Source: Parcubacteria group bacterium GW2011_GWA1_56_13
GTDB lineage: Bacteria; Patescibacteriota; Minisyncoccia; Phycocordibacterales; Phycocordibacteraceae
Direction of reading: 5' to 3'
Length of the DNA stretch: 64,000 nt
NCBI GenBank assembly: GCA_001004905.1
Contig: LCRY01000002.1
Coordinates: 378,129 to 442,128 of the forward strand
In this document: positions 46,692-56,383 of the stretch, piece after piece
Layout: the number at the start of each line of letters is the position of its first letter
How positions within the stretch are numbered: position 1 is the first letter of the stretch
Program-made: the position numbers and the translations under genes
The notes under the pieces: model-generated
What the model was told of the DNA's origin: nothing
The model's input: the letters and a program-made list of their open reading frames with translations, nothing else
Databases searched by the model: none

Positions 46692-48641
46692 TTACGCGAT
46701 GTCGCCGGAGCCAACGGGAGCGATGGTGATACCTGGCTCCTCTTCTTTTTTCTTCGGCGTGATGCCGTTCGCGATGAGGATTTTCTCGAATTCGTGGCGC
46801 TCGACGGTCTCCTTTTCGATGAGTTCCTTGGCGATGGCGTCGAGCGCGGTACGGTGCTCGGTGATGACCTTTTTTGCGCGAGATTTCGCCTCGTCAATGA
46901 TGCGGGCGACTTCGGCGTCTATCTGTGCCGCGACCTGCTCGGAGTACGGTTCGTTCCCGAGGTTCCGCTCGCCGAAGGCGATGGGGCCCATCCGCTCGCT
47001 CATTCCGTAGCGGGCGACCATGTCGCGTGCAAGCGCGGTAATGACCATCAGGTCGTTCGACGGCCCGGTCGTCACGTCGTCGAAGAGCAACTCTTCGGTA
47101 ACGTAGCCGCCGAGCGTTGCCGCGATATCGTCGAGGAACTGTTTTCTCGACTGCATCTTTTTATCTTCAAACGGAAGCTTCAGCGTATAGCCGGCGGCGC
47201 GGCCGCGGCTGATGATGGAAATTTTGTGTACCGGGTCGGCGTTCGGAAGTATCGAGGAGACGAGTGCGTGTCCGGCTTCGTGGTATGCCGTCAGCTCTTT
47301 TTCTTTCTTCGTGAGCAAGTGTGATTTGCGCTCCGGGCCGAGCATCACCTTTTCTATCGAGCGTATAAGGTCGTACTGCGTCACCTCTTTACGATTCTCG
47401 CGTGCGGCGAGTATCGCCCCTTCGTTCATGAGCGAATAGAGTTCGGCGCCCGAGAAGCCCGGCGTCCGCTCCGCGATGACCGCGAGCGCCACATCCGGGC
47501 CCAAGGGCTTCGTGCGCGCGTGTATCTTCAATATCTCCTCGCGGTCGCGGCGGTCCGGCAGGTCTATGGTGACGCGCCGGTCGAAACGGCCCGGGCGCAG
47601 AAGCGCGGGGTCGAGTACGTCGGGTCTGTTGGTCGCCGCCATGACAACGACTTTCTCGGTCGGCTCGAATCCGTCCATTTCCACGAGTATCTGGTTCAGC
47701 GTCTGTTCGCGCTCATCGTTGCCGCCGCCCACTCCCGCGCCGCGCACGCGCCCGACCGCGTCTATCTCATCAACGAAGATGATGGCGGGTGCCGCTTTTT
47801 TCGCGAGCTGGAACAGGTCGCGCACGCGGGAAGCACCGACGCCGACGAACATTTCGACGAATTCGGAGCCCGAAATGGAGAAGAACGGCACACCCGCTTC
47901 GCCCGCGACCGCGCGTGCAAGCAACGTCTTGCCCGTGCCCGGCGCGCCCATGAGGATAATGCCCTTCGGTATGCGCGCGCCGATGTCGAGGAATTTCTTC
48001 GGACTCTTGAGAAAGTCGACTATCTCAAGAAGCTCTTCCTTCGCCTCGCGCGCCCCCGCGATATCCTTGAAGGTGACGCGTTGTGAAAGATCGGCGGGGT
48101 CGGTCACGCGCGCCTTGGACTGGCCGAAACTGAAGGCCTGCATGCCCGCACCCCGCACTTGCCGCGAAAGGAACCAAAATAAAAACGCGATGAAAAGAAG
48201 CGGGAGTACGATCGGCGCGAGCGTGAGGAACCAGAATTCAAACCCGGATTGTCCCTGTATCGTTATGGAAACCTTGGTGAGTTCCTGCGGCGTAACGCCG
48301 TAAGTCGCGAGCGTCTCCGGAAGTCCCGCGGAAGGGTCCTTGCGCGAGGTTTTTTCCGCTCCGTCGGTATAGACGAGGTCAAGCGAATCGCCCCTCACGG
48401 TGATCGACTGCACCTTCCCCGCCGCGACGTCCGCAGCAACGACCGAAAGAGGAATGTCTGAACTCGGCTCTACAAGACCGGAAAAGAGCGAATAGGCGCT
48501 CATGAGGACGAGGAATATGAGGACCGTCGTCGTTAGGTTGCCGAAGAACGACGGGCCGCCGAAAAACGAGCGCATGTTCCGCCGGAACGGCGGTATTGAG
48601 GGCTTCTTCCCTTTTGGTTTCTTCGCCGGTGTGCGAGGCAT
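46692..48641 (-). CDS. ftsH: ATP-dependent zinc metalloprotease FtsH
   Basis: Two TM segments, Walker [19 protein letters not shown] zinc site. ATG 48641 preferred over the ORF track start 48932, whose Pro-rich extension overlaps smpB. Confidence 0.85.
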   Translation of the reverse strand: MPRTPAKKPKGKKPSIPPFRRNMRSFFGGPSFFGNLTTTVLIFLVLMSAYSLFSGLVEPSSDIPLSVVAADVAAGKVQSITVRGDSLDLVYTDGAEKTSRKDPSAGLPETLATYGVTPQELTKVSITIQGQSGFEFWFLTLAPIVLPLLFIAFLFWFLSRQVRGAGMQAFSFGQSKARVTDPADLSQRVTFKDIAGAREAKEELLEIVDFLKSPKKFLDIGARIPKGIILMGAPGTGKTLLARAVAGEAGVPFFSISGSEFVEMFVGVGASRVRDLFQLAKKAAPAIIFVDEIDAVGRVRGAGVGGGNDEREQTLNQILVEMDGFEPTEKVVVMAATNRPDVLDPALLRPGRFDRRVTIDLPDRRDREEILKIHARTKPLGPDVALAVIAERTPGFSGAELYSLMNEGAILAARENRKEVTQYDLIRSIEKVMLGPERKSHLLTKKEKELTAYHEAGHALVSSILPNADPVHKISIISRGRAAGYTLKLPFEDKKMQSRKQFLDDIAATLGGYVTEELLFDDVTTGPSNDLMVITALARDMVARYGMSERMGPIAFGERNLGNEPYSEQVAAQIDAEVARIIDEAKSRAKKVITEHRTALDAIAKELIEKETVERHEFEKILIANGITPKKKEEEPGITIAPVGSGDIA

Positions 48642-48726
48642 GGCAGGTACTATACCTCGCGCTATGGTGAAAGTCATGCTTCGTATGGCCGGGTAGCCCG
48701 CTATTTTGCGGGGTATACTCTGTCGT

Positions 48727-49170
48727 ATGACCCTCGTCGCATACAAGAAAGCGTTGCTCAAATACATCCCGCTTGAGAGCTTTTCTGCGGGACTCGAACT
48801 TTTCGGCACCGAAGTGAAAGCATTGCGAAGCAAGCTCGGCTCTTTAGAGGGTGCGCGTGTGGTGGTGCGGGGAGGCGAAGCGTTCATCGTCGGTATGACC
48901 ATTCCGCCGTACCAGACCGCAAATACTAACAAGAGTTATGAGCCGGACCGCGCGCGACGCCTGCTGCTCACCAAAAGAGAGATAGCCGCGCTCGCCGACG
49001 CCGAAGCAAAAAAGGGCTTGACAATTATACCTCTTGAGGTGTATACTGCAGGCACATTCGTGAAGGCGCGCATCGCCATCGTTCGCGGCAAGGGCAAGGA
49101 GGACCGCCGCGAGGACCTGAAGAAGCGCGACGCCGAGCGGGAACGGGAGCGTGTCCTGAAAAATCGCTGA
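48727..49170 (+). CDS. smpB: SsrA-binding protein SmpB
   Basis: ALLKYIPLESFSAGLELFGTEVKALR...GGEAFIVGMTIPPY conserved SmpB core. tmRNA lies immediately downstream. Confidence 0.85.
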   Translation: MTLVAYKKALLKYIPLESFSAGLELFGTEVKALRSKLGSLEGARVVVRGGEAFIVGMTIPPYQTANTNKSYEPDRARRLLLTKREIAALADAEAKKGLTIIPLEVYTAGTFVKARIAIVRGKGKEDRREDLKKRDAERERERVLKNR

Positions 49171-49210
49171 TCGGTCGCAGAAAGCACAGAAATGGTATTC
49201 TGTTCTCTCT

Positions 49211-49613
49211 GGGGGTGACCGGCTTTGACGGTCTGTACCTTGAAATGCGTGCGACGCAGTGCACTCCCGCTCACCACTGTAAACTGGCGGGAAACAAACT
49301 TGCCAAGAACACTCTTGCAAGCGCGAAGCAGTCGCCTTACTTCGGTAAGGTCGGCGATATCGCGTTCGCCTACGCGACGGCTCGCGGCTAACGCCCGTTC
49401 ATCCTCCCGGGTTTTCGCAGCCGGAGGCATGGGCGGAATTATCTGCGGAATCGGTCCTTCGTTCTCCCGAACTGAGGATCTAAACAAGGGATCGGGCAGG
49501 AATGGTTTCGCCGGCGTTCCTCGCATCCTGCCTTAGACACGAACGTTGGCTATGCGTCGTAGAAGCGCTTTCATAGACGGATTCGGACCGGGGTCCAATT
49601 CCCCGCACCTCCA
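49211..49613 (+). ncRNA. ssrA: tmRNA (SsrA), one-piece
   Basis: 5' GGGGGUGACCGGCUUUGACGG, 3' tRNA-like domain GGACCGGGGUCCAAUUCCCCG CACCUCC A. Candidate tag ORF ends ...AFAYATARG-TAA at 49389-49391. TGgTATTCT -10-like element at 49193. Confidence 0.8.
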
Positions 49614-49684
49614 CAAAATAACGAGTCCTGAAAGGACGACTATATTTTGTGAGAGTACTGAGTTCTGTCCGCAGAACGAACGTG

Positions 49685-49731
49685 CTCCACAAAATGAAAA
49701 CACCCCTTCCGGGTGTTTTCATTTTGTGGAG
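49685..49731. terminator. 21-bp perfect-stem hairpin ctccacaaaatgaaaacaccc-ttcc-gggtgttttcattttgtggag
   Basis: Seen directly. Lies between ssrA (+) and a convergent small gene (-). Confidence 0.5.
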
Positions 49732-49784
49732 AGGCAAAAGAAGTGACCGCCTGCAGAATCTTGCAGGCGGTCGGGGGCGGTAAT

Positions 49785-50036
49785 TCATGGCGCCGGTTTT
49801 TCGTCGCGCACGTGCGGTTGCACGAGCGGAACGGACATGACCGCCATGGCCACCCTAGACGGCACGCCGAGCCAGTAAAAGCCGGCCAGGAACGCCCGGG
49901 ACCACGCCTCGACCCCTTGGCGCACGGTGTCACCGACCGCCAGCGCCATTTGGAGCGGCAAAAGCGATGACGCAACCGGGGCGTCGGCAGGGGCCGGGTG
50001 GAAGTGCGTTTCCACAGAGGGCTGTGTAAACAGCAT
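49785..50036 (-). CDS. hypothetical 83-aa protein
   Basis: AAGGAGGT SD 5 nt before ATG 50036. No recognisable domain. Confidence 0.45.
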   Translation of the reverse strand: MLFTQPSVETHFHPAPADAPVASSLLPLQMALAVGDTVRQGVEAWSRAFLAGFYWLGVPSRVAMAVMSVPLVQPHVRDEKPAP

Positions 50037-50258
50037 CTGAACCTCCTTTACTCATCACAAAGAGCATCCCTGGCCTGGATGAACCGGGCCATCGTCGCCA
50101 TTATAACACTTTCAATCCTGTCCCCGCACGCTTGTTAATGGACAGAGGACGAAGTACGTTTCTTGATTTATTCGATGATTTTGCTATGGTACGACCCTGT
50201 AATTAACCGGGTTCCCTGGACGAAATTGCAGTGTTCCTTATTCGAGGAGGTGACTAAG

Positions 50259-50996
50259 ATGAAACCGCCGGACAAAATCATCGTCGCACTGGATGTGCCG
50301 GACTTCGGCAAAGCGCTTGAGCTCGCCGTTCTTTTGCGTCCGCACGTCTGGGGCTTCAAGTTCAACGTCGTGTTCCTGACTTTCGTACTTTCGCAGCTAC
50401 TCACCTGTAAAGATGAGAGAGAGGCCCTTGGCAAACTTCGGACGCTCAACCAGCTGTTCAAGACCATCTCGAAGATTTTCTGGGACGGCAAGTTCAATGA
50501 CATCCCGAGAACCGTGTACGGCGCATCGAGAGCACTGAGGGACCTGCAGGTGAAGATGTTCGACGTGCACGCATCCGCGGGGTCCGACGCGATGAAAGCG
50601 GCCTTGGCGCAAAAAGGAAAGTCGCTCGTGCTCGCGAACACCGTACTTTCTTCGCTCGACGGAGATACGGTGCAGTCGATCTTTGGGGCGTCAGCGGAGG
50701 AAAAAGTTCTGCAGTTTTCCCATGAGGCGATGGATATCGGTTGTGACGGCATCGTCGCCTCGGCCAGGGAGCTCGCTATTCTGCGCACGCATGAACGGTT
50801 CTGTGGTTGGACAAAGGTTGCTGTGGGCATCCGGGATGCAGGCGATCCGATCGACGACCAAACGCGCTCCACGACCGCCGCCGAAGCGATACGAGCGGGC
50901 GCGACCCATCTCGTTATCGGGCGGCCTATCACCGGAGCAGATGACCCGGTTAAGGCGGCGCAAAAGTTCGCGGCCCAAATCGGCGAAGCAGTGTAG
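50259..50996 (+). CDS. pyrF: orotidine 5'-phosphate decarboxylase
   Basis: GAGGAGGTG SD then ATG 50259. KIIVALDV...GFKFN...DIPRTV OMPdecase motifs. Confidence 0.75.
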   Translation: MKPPDKIIVALDVPDFGKALELAVLLRPHVWGFKFNVVFLTFVLSQLLTCKDEREALGKLRTLNQLFKTISKIFWDGKFNDIPRTVYGASRALRDLQVKMFDVHASAGSDAMKAALAQKGKSLVLANTVLSSLDGDTVQSIFGASAEEKVLQFSHEAMDIGCDGIVASARELAILRTHERFCGWTKVAVGIRDAGDPIDDQTRSTTAAEAIRAGATHLVIGRPITGADDPVKAAQKFAAQIGEAV

Positions 50997-51008
50997 TGTA
51001 CCCGTTTC

Positions 51009-51043
51009 GAGGCGCTTCCTTCGGGAGCGCCTCATTTTTATTT
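51009..51043 (+). terminator. rho-independent terminator after pyrF
   Basis: gaggcgcttcc-ttcg-ggagcgcctc followed by atttttattt. Confidence 0.7.
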
Positions 51044-51146
51044 CACGTTCTTAACATCGTTTTCACTCCATCTTGTTACCATACTCCCGTGATTGGCCGT
51101 ATACGCCGTATGCGGATGCGATTACAAGGTTCTTTTCTTTCATGAG

Positions 51147-51812
51147 ATGTCAACCAAAGGGTGCACTAAGGTGTCAACCAAACGTAAGGAGGTCCGGCGT
51201 GACCTCGGTGAGGATCGGCGCGAACTCGCGCATAAGTTGATAGAAGTCGGCGCCGTGTCACCGCATGTCGCTGATCCCTCTCTTCAGTTTCCGTTGAATC
51301 TGCGCACCCCGGACGATCCGTGTCCGGGGCCGCTCACGCCGGAAATCGTCGACCTAGCGGCGCGGTGTATGCATAAGATTCTGAAAGCGTTGGGGCCGGT
51401 CGACGCAATTGTCGGGATCCCGCCGGCAGGCGAACCGTTCGCAAGGGCGATCGCGATGCTCCCTCCTCGCACGCTGCATATCGTGCCCGAGATATGGGAA
51501 GACGGAGGGAGGAAGCATATCGTGTCGCTTGGGCGAACACCGATACTCGTCATCACGAAGGTCCTGCTCGTGGACGCCCTTCTCGAGGAGGGTGGCTTGA
51601 TGTGCGAGACGGTCAGGGTACTGCGGGACGCACGGATAGAAGTGGCTGATGCCATGGTGGTGGTTGACCGCGGGATGGGCGGCAGTAAAGAGCTTGCGAA
51701 GCTTGGCTGCCATTTGCACCCGATATTCACTGCGTCCGAGTTGCTGGAGTTATGCGCCGAAAGCAATAGGATAAGCAACCAACCTCCTGGCGGCTTTCAT
51801 CCACGTCCATAA
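51147..51812 (+). CDS. orotate phosphoribosyltransferase-like type I PRTase (degenerate PRPP motif)
   Basis: VLLVDALLEEGGLM in place of the canonical VLLVDDVITTG. Adjacent to pyrF. The start may be 51093. Confidence 0.55.
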   Translation: MSTKGCTKVSTKRKEVRRDLGEDRRELAHKLIEVGAVSPHVADPSLQFPLNLRTPDDPCPGPLTPEIVDLAARCMHKILKALGPVDAIVGIPPAGEPFARAIAMLPPRTLHIVPEIWEDGGRKHIVSLGRTPILVITKVLLVDALLEEGGLMCETVRVLRDARIEVADAMVVVDRGMGGSKELAKLGCHLHPIFTASELLELCAESNRISNQPPGGFHPRP

Positions 51813-51841
51813 ATTCACAAAAAACTCACAAAAAAAGGGGC

Positions 51842-51873
51842 GCCCGACGCAGTGGTTTGCGTCGGGCTTTTTA
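51842..51873 (+). terminator. rho-independent terminator
   Basis: gcccgacgc-agtggttt-gcgtcgggc followed by ttttta. Confidence 0.75.
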
Positions 51874-51962
51874 TGTTTAGCGAGGTCACCGCATCGATGC
51901 CCTTGCAAATAATAATATCTGTGATACAATGCACACAGACCAGTAACCAAACGGGAGAGCTC

Positions 51963-52340
51963 ATGAGCTCGAAAATCGTTGCAGGCCGGAATCAGGCACG
52001 CGAAGCGGCATGGCGGAAGCTGCTCGAACGACTGAGGAACCGAATCGCCCTGTGGAATATGGACCACGAAGGGTTCGACCTCTACAACGCTTTTCTTTCC
52101 GAAGTGTCCGGGAGCCCGAAAATACCTTGGACGCAAAAAGAGCGGATACTTCACCATTTCCGCGAGGAAGCGAAACTCATCAGAGATTTCGATCCCGTGG
52201 AGGCAGAAGGTCTGGCGTTGTCCAAGGCGATTTTGGAGATGATATCCGGCGAAGCCCGGAATTATCGCTCGGCGCAGAACATGCAGATGTATTTGCTGCT
52301 GAAAGCCATCTGCGGTCCCTCCAAAGCCGCGCCGCACTGA
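51963..52340 (+). CDS. hypothetical protein
   Basis: GGGAGA SD before ATG 51963 (MSSKIVAGRN). 125 aa. Confidence 0.4.
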   Translation: MSSKIVAGRNQAREAAWRKLLERLRNRIALWNMDHEGFDLYNAFLSEVSGSPKIPWTQKERILHHFREEAKLIRDFDPVEAEGLALSKAILEMISGEARNYRSAQNMQMYLLLKAICGPSKAAPH

Positions 52341-52400
52341 CGGCCCGAGAAATCTCGTCGCGACAGAAGCCCTTGGATCTCCCAGGGGCTTCCTTTTACC

Positions 52401-54209
52401 TTATCGGCGCGATCTCGCGCGATCATTCTCGGTAAGGAATTGTTTGCGCAGGCGGACACTCGCAGGTGTGATCTCCAGATACTCGTCGTCTGCCATTACC
52501 TCGAGCCCGCGCTCAATGGTAAGGTCGAAGGTCGGCACAAGCACGATGGCTTCGTCGGTTCCGGAGGCGCGGACGTTCGACTGGTTCTTCCCTCTCGTCG
52601 GGTTTACCAGCATCTCCTCGCCTTTCGCGGTGTTGCCGATGACCATGCCCTCGTACACCTCGGTCGCCGGCTTCACGTAGAGCTGCCCCCGGTCCTGCAG
52701 GTTCCAGAGCGAATAGCCGAGCGCTTTGCCGGTGGCCATCGAGATCATTGAGCCGACCTGGCGCTTCCTGATCTCGCCCGCGAACGGATGGAAACCGACG
52801 AAACGCGACGAGAGAATTCCCTCGCCTTTGGTATCAATAATGAACATATTCTTATAGCCCAAAAGGCCGCGCGTCGGCCCGAGAAGTGTGAGACGGACCA
52901 TGTTCCCGTGCTGGACGAGGTTCTGTAGCACGAAAGCGCGCTGACCCAGCTTCTCGATGACCGCTCCTTGGAATTCTGACGGCGTATCGACGATGACTTC
53001 TTCAAAGGGCTCCGTTTGCATGCCGTTTTCCTCGCGGAAAATGACATGCGGCTGCGAGACCTGGAGCTCATAGCCCTCGCGCCGCATGTTTTCAAGAAGC
53101 ACGGCGATATGGAGTTCGCCGCGGCCGGACACGTGGAAGGAATCCGAGTTGGAGAAATCTATCTTGAGCCCGACATTGACCTCGAGTTCCTTCATGAGCC
53201 GTTCGCGTATCTGGCGGCTCGTGACGCACTTCCCTTCTCGGCCGGCGAACGGCGAATTATTAACGAGGAAATCGAGCGAGATAGTCGGCTCGTCCACGGC
53301 GATCGCGGGCAGGGGTGCCGCATTCTCATCGGTCGTGACGGTCTCGCCGATATAGATGTCGGGGAGGCCCGCGACGAGCACGATATCTCCCGCCGATGCT
53401 TCCGGCGTTTCAACGCGTTCAAGCCCTTTGAACGTAAATATCTTCGTCGTACGGCCGGTGCGCGTCGTGCCATCCGCTTTTTTTATAAAAACCTGCTGAT
53501 TGGGACGGACGGTCCCCGCATAGATGCGACCGACCGCGAGCCGGCCCATGAAATTGTCGTACGCGAGATTGAAGGGCTGCAGCATCAAAGGCGCATCTGC
53601 GGACGCGCTCACGTTTGCGGCGGGAACCTTGTCGAGAATGTCGGCTTCGGCCATGGAGCCGCCTGTCATGAGCTTGTCGGGGGAAAGCGCGGCACGGCCG
53701 TCGCGACCGATCGAGTAGACGACCGGAAAATCGGATTGCTCGTCGGAAGCGCCGAGCTCGAGGAAAAGTTCGAGCACCTGCTCGAGGGTAGCGGCCGGAT
53801 CGGCCGCGGGCTTGTCCACCTTATTGATGATGACGATGGGCTTGAGCCCGAGTTCGAGCGATTTCTTCAGTACGAAACGGGTCTGCGGCATCGGCCCTTC
53901 TTGCGCATCAACGACGAGCAGGACCGAATCAATGGAGCGCAGCACGCGCTCAACCTCGCTGCCGAAATCCGCGTGCCCGGGCGTGTCCACGATGTTTATC
54001 TTCGTGACGGGACGTCCCGAGTCCTTCGAAGGATATTCGACCGCCGCGTTCTTCGCGTAAATGGTAATGCCGCGCTCCCTCTCGAGCGCGTTCGTGTCCA
54101 TCGTGGTTCCTTCCGCCGCCGCGCCCGTCTGCTTCAGAATGGCGTCAGTAAGCGCGGTTTTCCCGTGGTCCACATGTGCGATTATCGCTATATTTCTTAT
54201 CTCGGTCAT
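52401..54209 (-). CDS. typA: translational GTPase TypA/BipA
   Basis: [31 protein letters not shown]-motifs and BipA domain order. Confidence 0.9.
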   Translation of the reverse strand: MTEIRNIAIIAHVDHGKTALTDAILKQTGAAAEGTTMDTNALERERGITIYAKNAAVEYPSKDSGRPVTKINIVDTPGHADFGSEVERVLRSIDSVLLVVDAQEGPMPQTRFVLKKSLELGLKPIVIINKVDKPAADPAATLEQVLELFLELGASDEQSDFPVVYSIGRDGRAALSPDKLMTGGSMAEADILDKVPAANVSASADAPLMLQPFNLAYDNFMGRLAVGRIYAGTVRPNQQVFIKKADGTTRTGRTTKIFTFKGLERVETPEASAGDIVLVAGLPDIYIGETVTTDENAAPLPAIAVDEPTISLDFLVNNSPFAGREGKCVTSRQIRERLMKELEVNVGLKIDFSNSDSFHVSGRGELHIAVLLENMRREGYELQVSQPHVIFREENGMQTEPFEEVIVDTPSEFQGAVIEKLGQRAFVLQNLVQHGNMVRLTLLGPTRGLLGYKNMFIIDTKGEGILSSRFVGFHPFAGEIRKRQVGSMISMATGKALGYSLWNLQDRGQLYVKPATEVYEGMVIGNTAKGEEMLVNPTRGKNQSNVRASGTDEAIVLVPTFDLTIERGLEVMADDEYLEITPASVRLRKQFLTENDRARSRR

Positions 54210-54218
54210 ATTGAAAAG

Positions 54219-54326
54219 TTATTTCCCGAATGCGATGAATCGCGCCCCGTAGCCGTCCGAGCGAAGCGAGGACGTGGTACTGGGGTGGTCCACATGGGCA
54301 ATGATGGCGATATTACGTATTTCCAT
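54219..54326 (-). pseudogene. 35-codon remnant duplicating the typA N-terminus ([14 protein letters not shown]...)
   Basis: gtggtccacatgggcaatgatggcgatattacgtatttccat parallels the typA start (54168-54209) with mostly third-position differences. Diverges after HVDH. Confidence 0.45.
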
Positions 54327-54407
54327 AAATAAAAATGGCCGTGAGGCCGATGCTCTCAATATACAACAAAACGCCGCTGATGAAAAGCGCGTGAACGGAG
54401 ACGGCGT

Positions 54408-55186
54408 TTATTGGCGCAGGCCGAGGCCGATGCGGATGAGATACCACGCAATGCCGAGAAAGAGGAGCGCGAAGAACAGCAATATCCCGAACGACAGCGA
54501 GAGCGAAGCGTCCGCAACGCCAAGGAATCCGTAGCGGAAACCGTTTATCACGTAAAAGATGGGGTCGAATTTGGTGAGGGTCCCCCAAAATCCGGGCAGC
54601 GACTGCGTCGAATAGAAGACCCCGCCGAGGTAGACCAAGGGCGTAAGCACGAAGGTTGGCACGATGTTGATGCCGTCCATTGATTTGGCGAACACGCCGT
54701 TGATGAGTCCCGCCACGGCGAAGATGAGACTCGTCACGAGGAGAAAGAGGATGATGACGGCAAGATTATGGACGGCGAGGTCGGTGAAGAAGAGCGAGAC
54801 CGCGATGACGATGATGCCGATGAGGACGCCGCGCACCATCGCACCGGCCACAAACCCGGCAACGATGACCCACGGGGGCGTTGGCGACACGAGTATCTCG
54901 TCAATATTGCGCGCGAAGAATTTCGACATGAACATGGTGAAGGAAGAATTCGTGTAGGAATTGGTCACGACGGCGAGCATGACGAGCCCCGGTACGACGA
55001 AATTAATATATGGAACGCCCTGCACCTGCCCGATGCGCGAGCCAAGGAACGTCCCGAAAATGAGGAAGTATAGTACGGACGTGACGACCGACGGCAAGAA
55101 GGTTTGCGCCCAGATCCGCATGATGCGCACTACGTCCTTGCGGACGATAGTGTAGAAGGAAATCCATGTCTGGTACGGGGTCATGT
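54408..55186 (-). CDS. ABC-2 type transporter permease
   Basis: 6-TM ABC-2 permease. ATG 55184 follows the ATPase stop (55234). The ORF track start 55283 overlaps the ATPase. Confidence 0.65.
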
Positions 55187-55233
55187 CATGTATGGTGAGC
55201 GATGTATCCTGAACTTCGTCGAAGGAAGTTGAA

Positions 55234-56022
55234 CTATTTCTCCTTCGTGAGCTGAAGAAAGATCTCTTCAAGCTTGCCGCCACGATAGCCGCTTTCGCCC
55301 GCCCCGGGCGAAGTCAAGGAGTCGTGCATGGTGAGCACCTCCGCCATGGTGCCGTTCACGATGATCTCGCCCTTGTTAATGATGGCGACTTTATTGGCAA
55401 GTCGTTCGGCCTCCTCGAGATAATGAGTGGTGAGCAATATCGTTACGCCCGCTTTGGTGAGACCAGTGAGGTATTCCCACATGCTTCGGCGCAGTTCGAC
55501 GTCCACGCCGGCAGTCGGTTCGTCGAGGATGAGGAATTGCGGCTCGTGAATAAGGGCGCGCGCTATCATGAGCCGACGCATCATGCCGCCCGAAAGCATG
55601 CGCGCCTGATCGTTCCTTTTCTCGTAAAGTCCGAGGTCCTTGAATATGCGCTCCGCACGCGGTATCGCGACGCTGCGCGGAATGCCGTAGTACCCGGCCT
55701 GGTTCACGACGATGTCGCTCACCTTGCCGAAATAATCGAGATTCATGTTCTGCGGCACGACGCCGATGTACGTGCGCGCCTTCTCCGGCGCGGTATCAAT
55801 ATCAACGCCGTGCACGGATACTTTTCCCCCCGTCTTGTTCACAAGCCCGGTCACGATGCCGATAAGGGTCGTCTTTCCCGCCCCGTTCGGGCCCAGCAGG
55901 GCGAAAAAATCGCCTTTCTCTACCGTGAGCGAGACGCCCGCAAGCGCGTGCGTGCCGGCCCTTCCGGACTCGCCCGCATATGTTTTCTCGAGGTTATTAA
56001 CGACAAGAGCTGGCTCGGTCAT
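55234..56022 (-). CDS. ABC transporter ATP-binding protein
   Basis: Walker A GPNGAGKTT, signature LSGGMMRRL, Walker B ILDEPT. Confidence 0.85.
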   Translation of the reverse strand: MTEPALVVNNLEKTYAGESGRAGTHALAGVSLTVEKGDFFALLGPNGAGKTTLIGIVTGLVNKTGGKVSVHGVDIDTAPEKARTYIGVVPQNMNLDYFGKVSDIVVNQAGYYGIPRSVAIPRAERIFKDLGLYEKRNDQARMLSGGMMRRLMIARALIHEPQFLILDEPTAGVDVELRRSMWEYLTGLTKAGVTILLTTHYLEEAERLANKVAIINKGEIIVNGTMAEVLTMHDSLTSPGAGESGYRGGKLEEIFLQLTKEK

Positions 56023-56131
56023 ACTGACGGCTGATTATAGCAAACGATCCCGCGCCGATGGATTCGACCGCATAAGAAACTGTTTGGAACGTTATTTGAC
56101 ATTTCCTCGATTTCCTGATTCACTAGCTACC

Positions 56132-56146
56132 GGAGGAACTTCCTCC
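56132..56146. promoter_or_regulatory. 15-bp perfect palindrome GGAGGAAcTTCCTCC immediately upstream of the precursor-peptide RBS
   Basis: Seen directly. Possible operator or anti-SD hairpin. A TTGACA -35-like hexamer sits at ~56094. Confidence 0.35.
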
Positions 56147-56165
56147 TAATCCTGAGAGGATTGCC

Positions 56166-56306
56166 ATGAACGCGACCCCCTCTTCCGTAACGGTCCCCAA
56201 AAAAAAGGCCCCTGCGGAACAAAAACCCGCCACGCGGGTGCTGAAGCCTGGGAAGCGCCGGATCATCGGCACGACCAAGTTCGGCAAGGACGGCTGTGGT
56301 TACTAA
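56166..56306 (+). CDS. 46-aa candidate RiPP precursor peptide (MNATPSSVTVPKKKAPAEQKPATRVLKPGKRRIIGTTKFGKDGCGY)
   Basis: Absent from the ORF track (<60 aa). GAGAGGA SD 6 nt before ATG. Lys-rich leader and C-terminal GCGY core. Directly upstream of a radical-SAM/SPASM gene. Confidence 0.55.
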   Translation: MNATPSSVTVPKKKAPAEQKPATRVLKPGKRRIIGTTKFGKDGCGY

Positions 56307-56323
56307 AGTAAGGACCACCGCCA

Positions 56324-56354
56324 GCGCTCGGGGCTTGCTCCGGGCGCTTTTCTT
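56324..56354 (+). terminator. attenuator-like hairpin between precursor and maturase
   Basis: gcgctcgggg-cttg-ctccgggcgc (two G-U pairs) followed by ttttctt. Confidence 0.5.
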
Positions 56355-56383
56355 GAGCAACCCTCCAGATAAGGAGATATTCC

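Noticed and set aside
53016-54332. 438-aa plus-strand ORF
   Set aside because: Antisense to typA, whose frame has unambiguous GTPase motifs.
56127-56360. 77-aa minus-strand ORF overlapping the candidate precursor peptide
   Set aside because: No RBS and Arg-rich junk composition. The plus-strand 46-aa ORF has a proper SD, a downstream hairpin and a functional neighbour, the rSAM gene.
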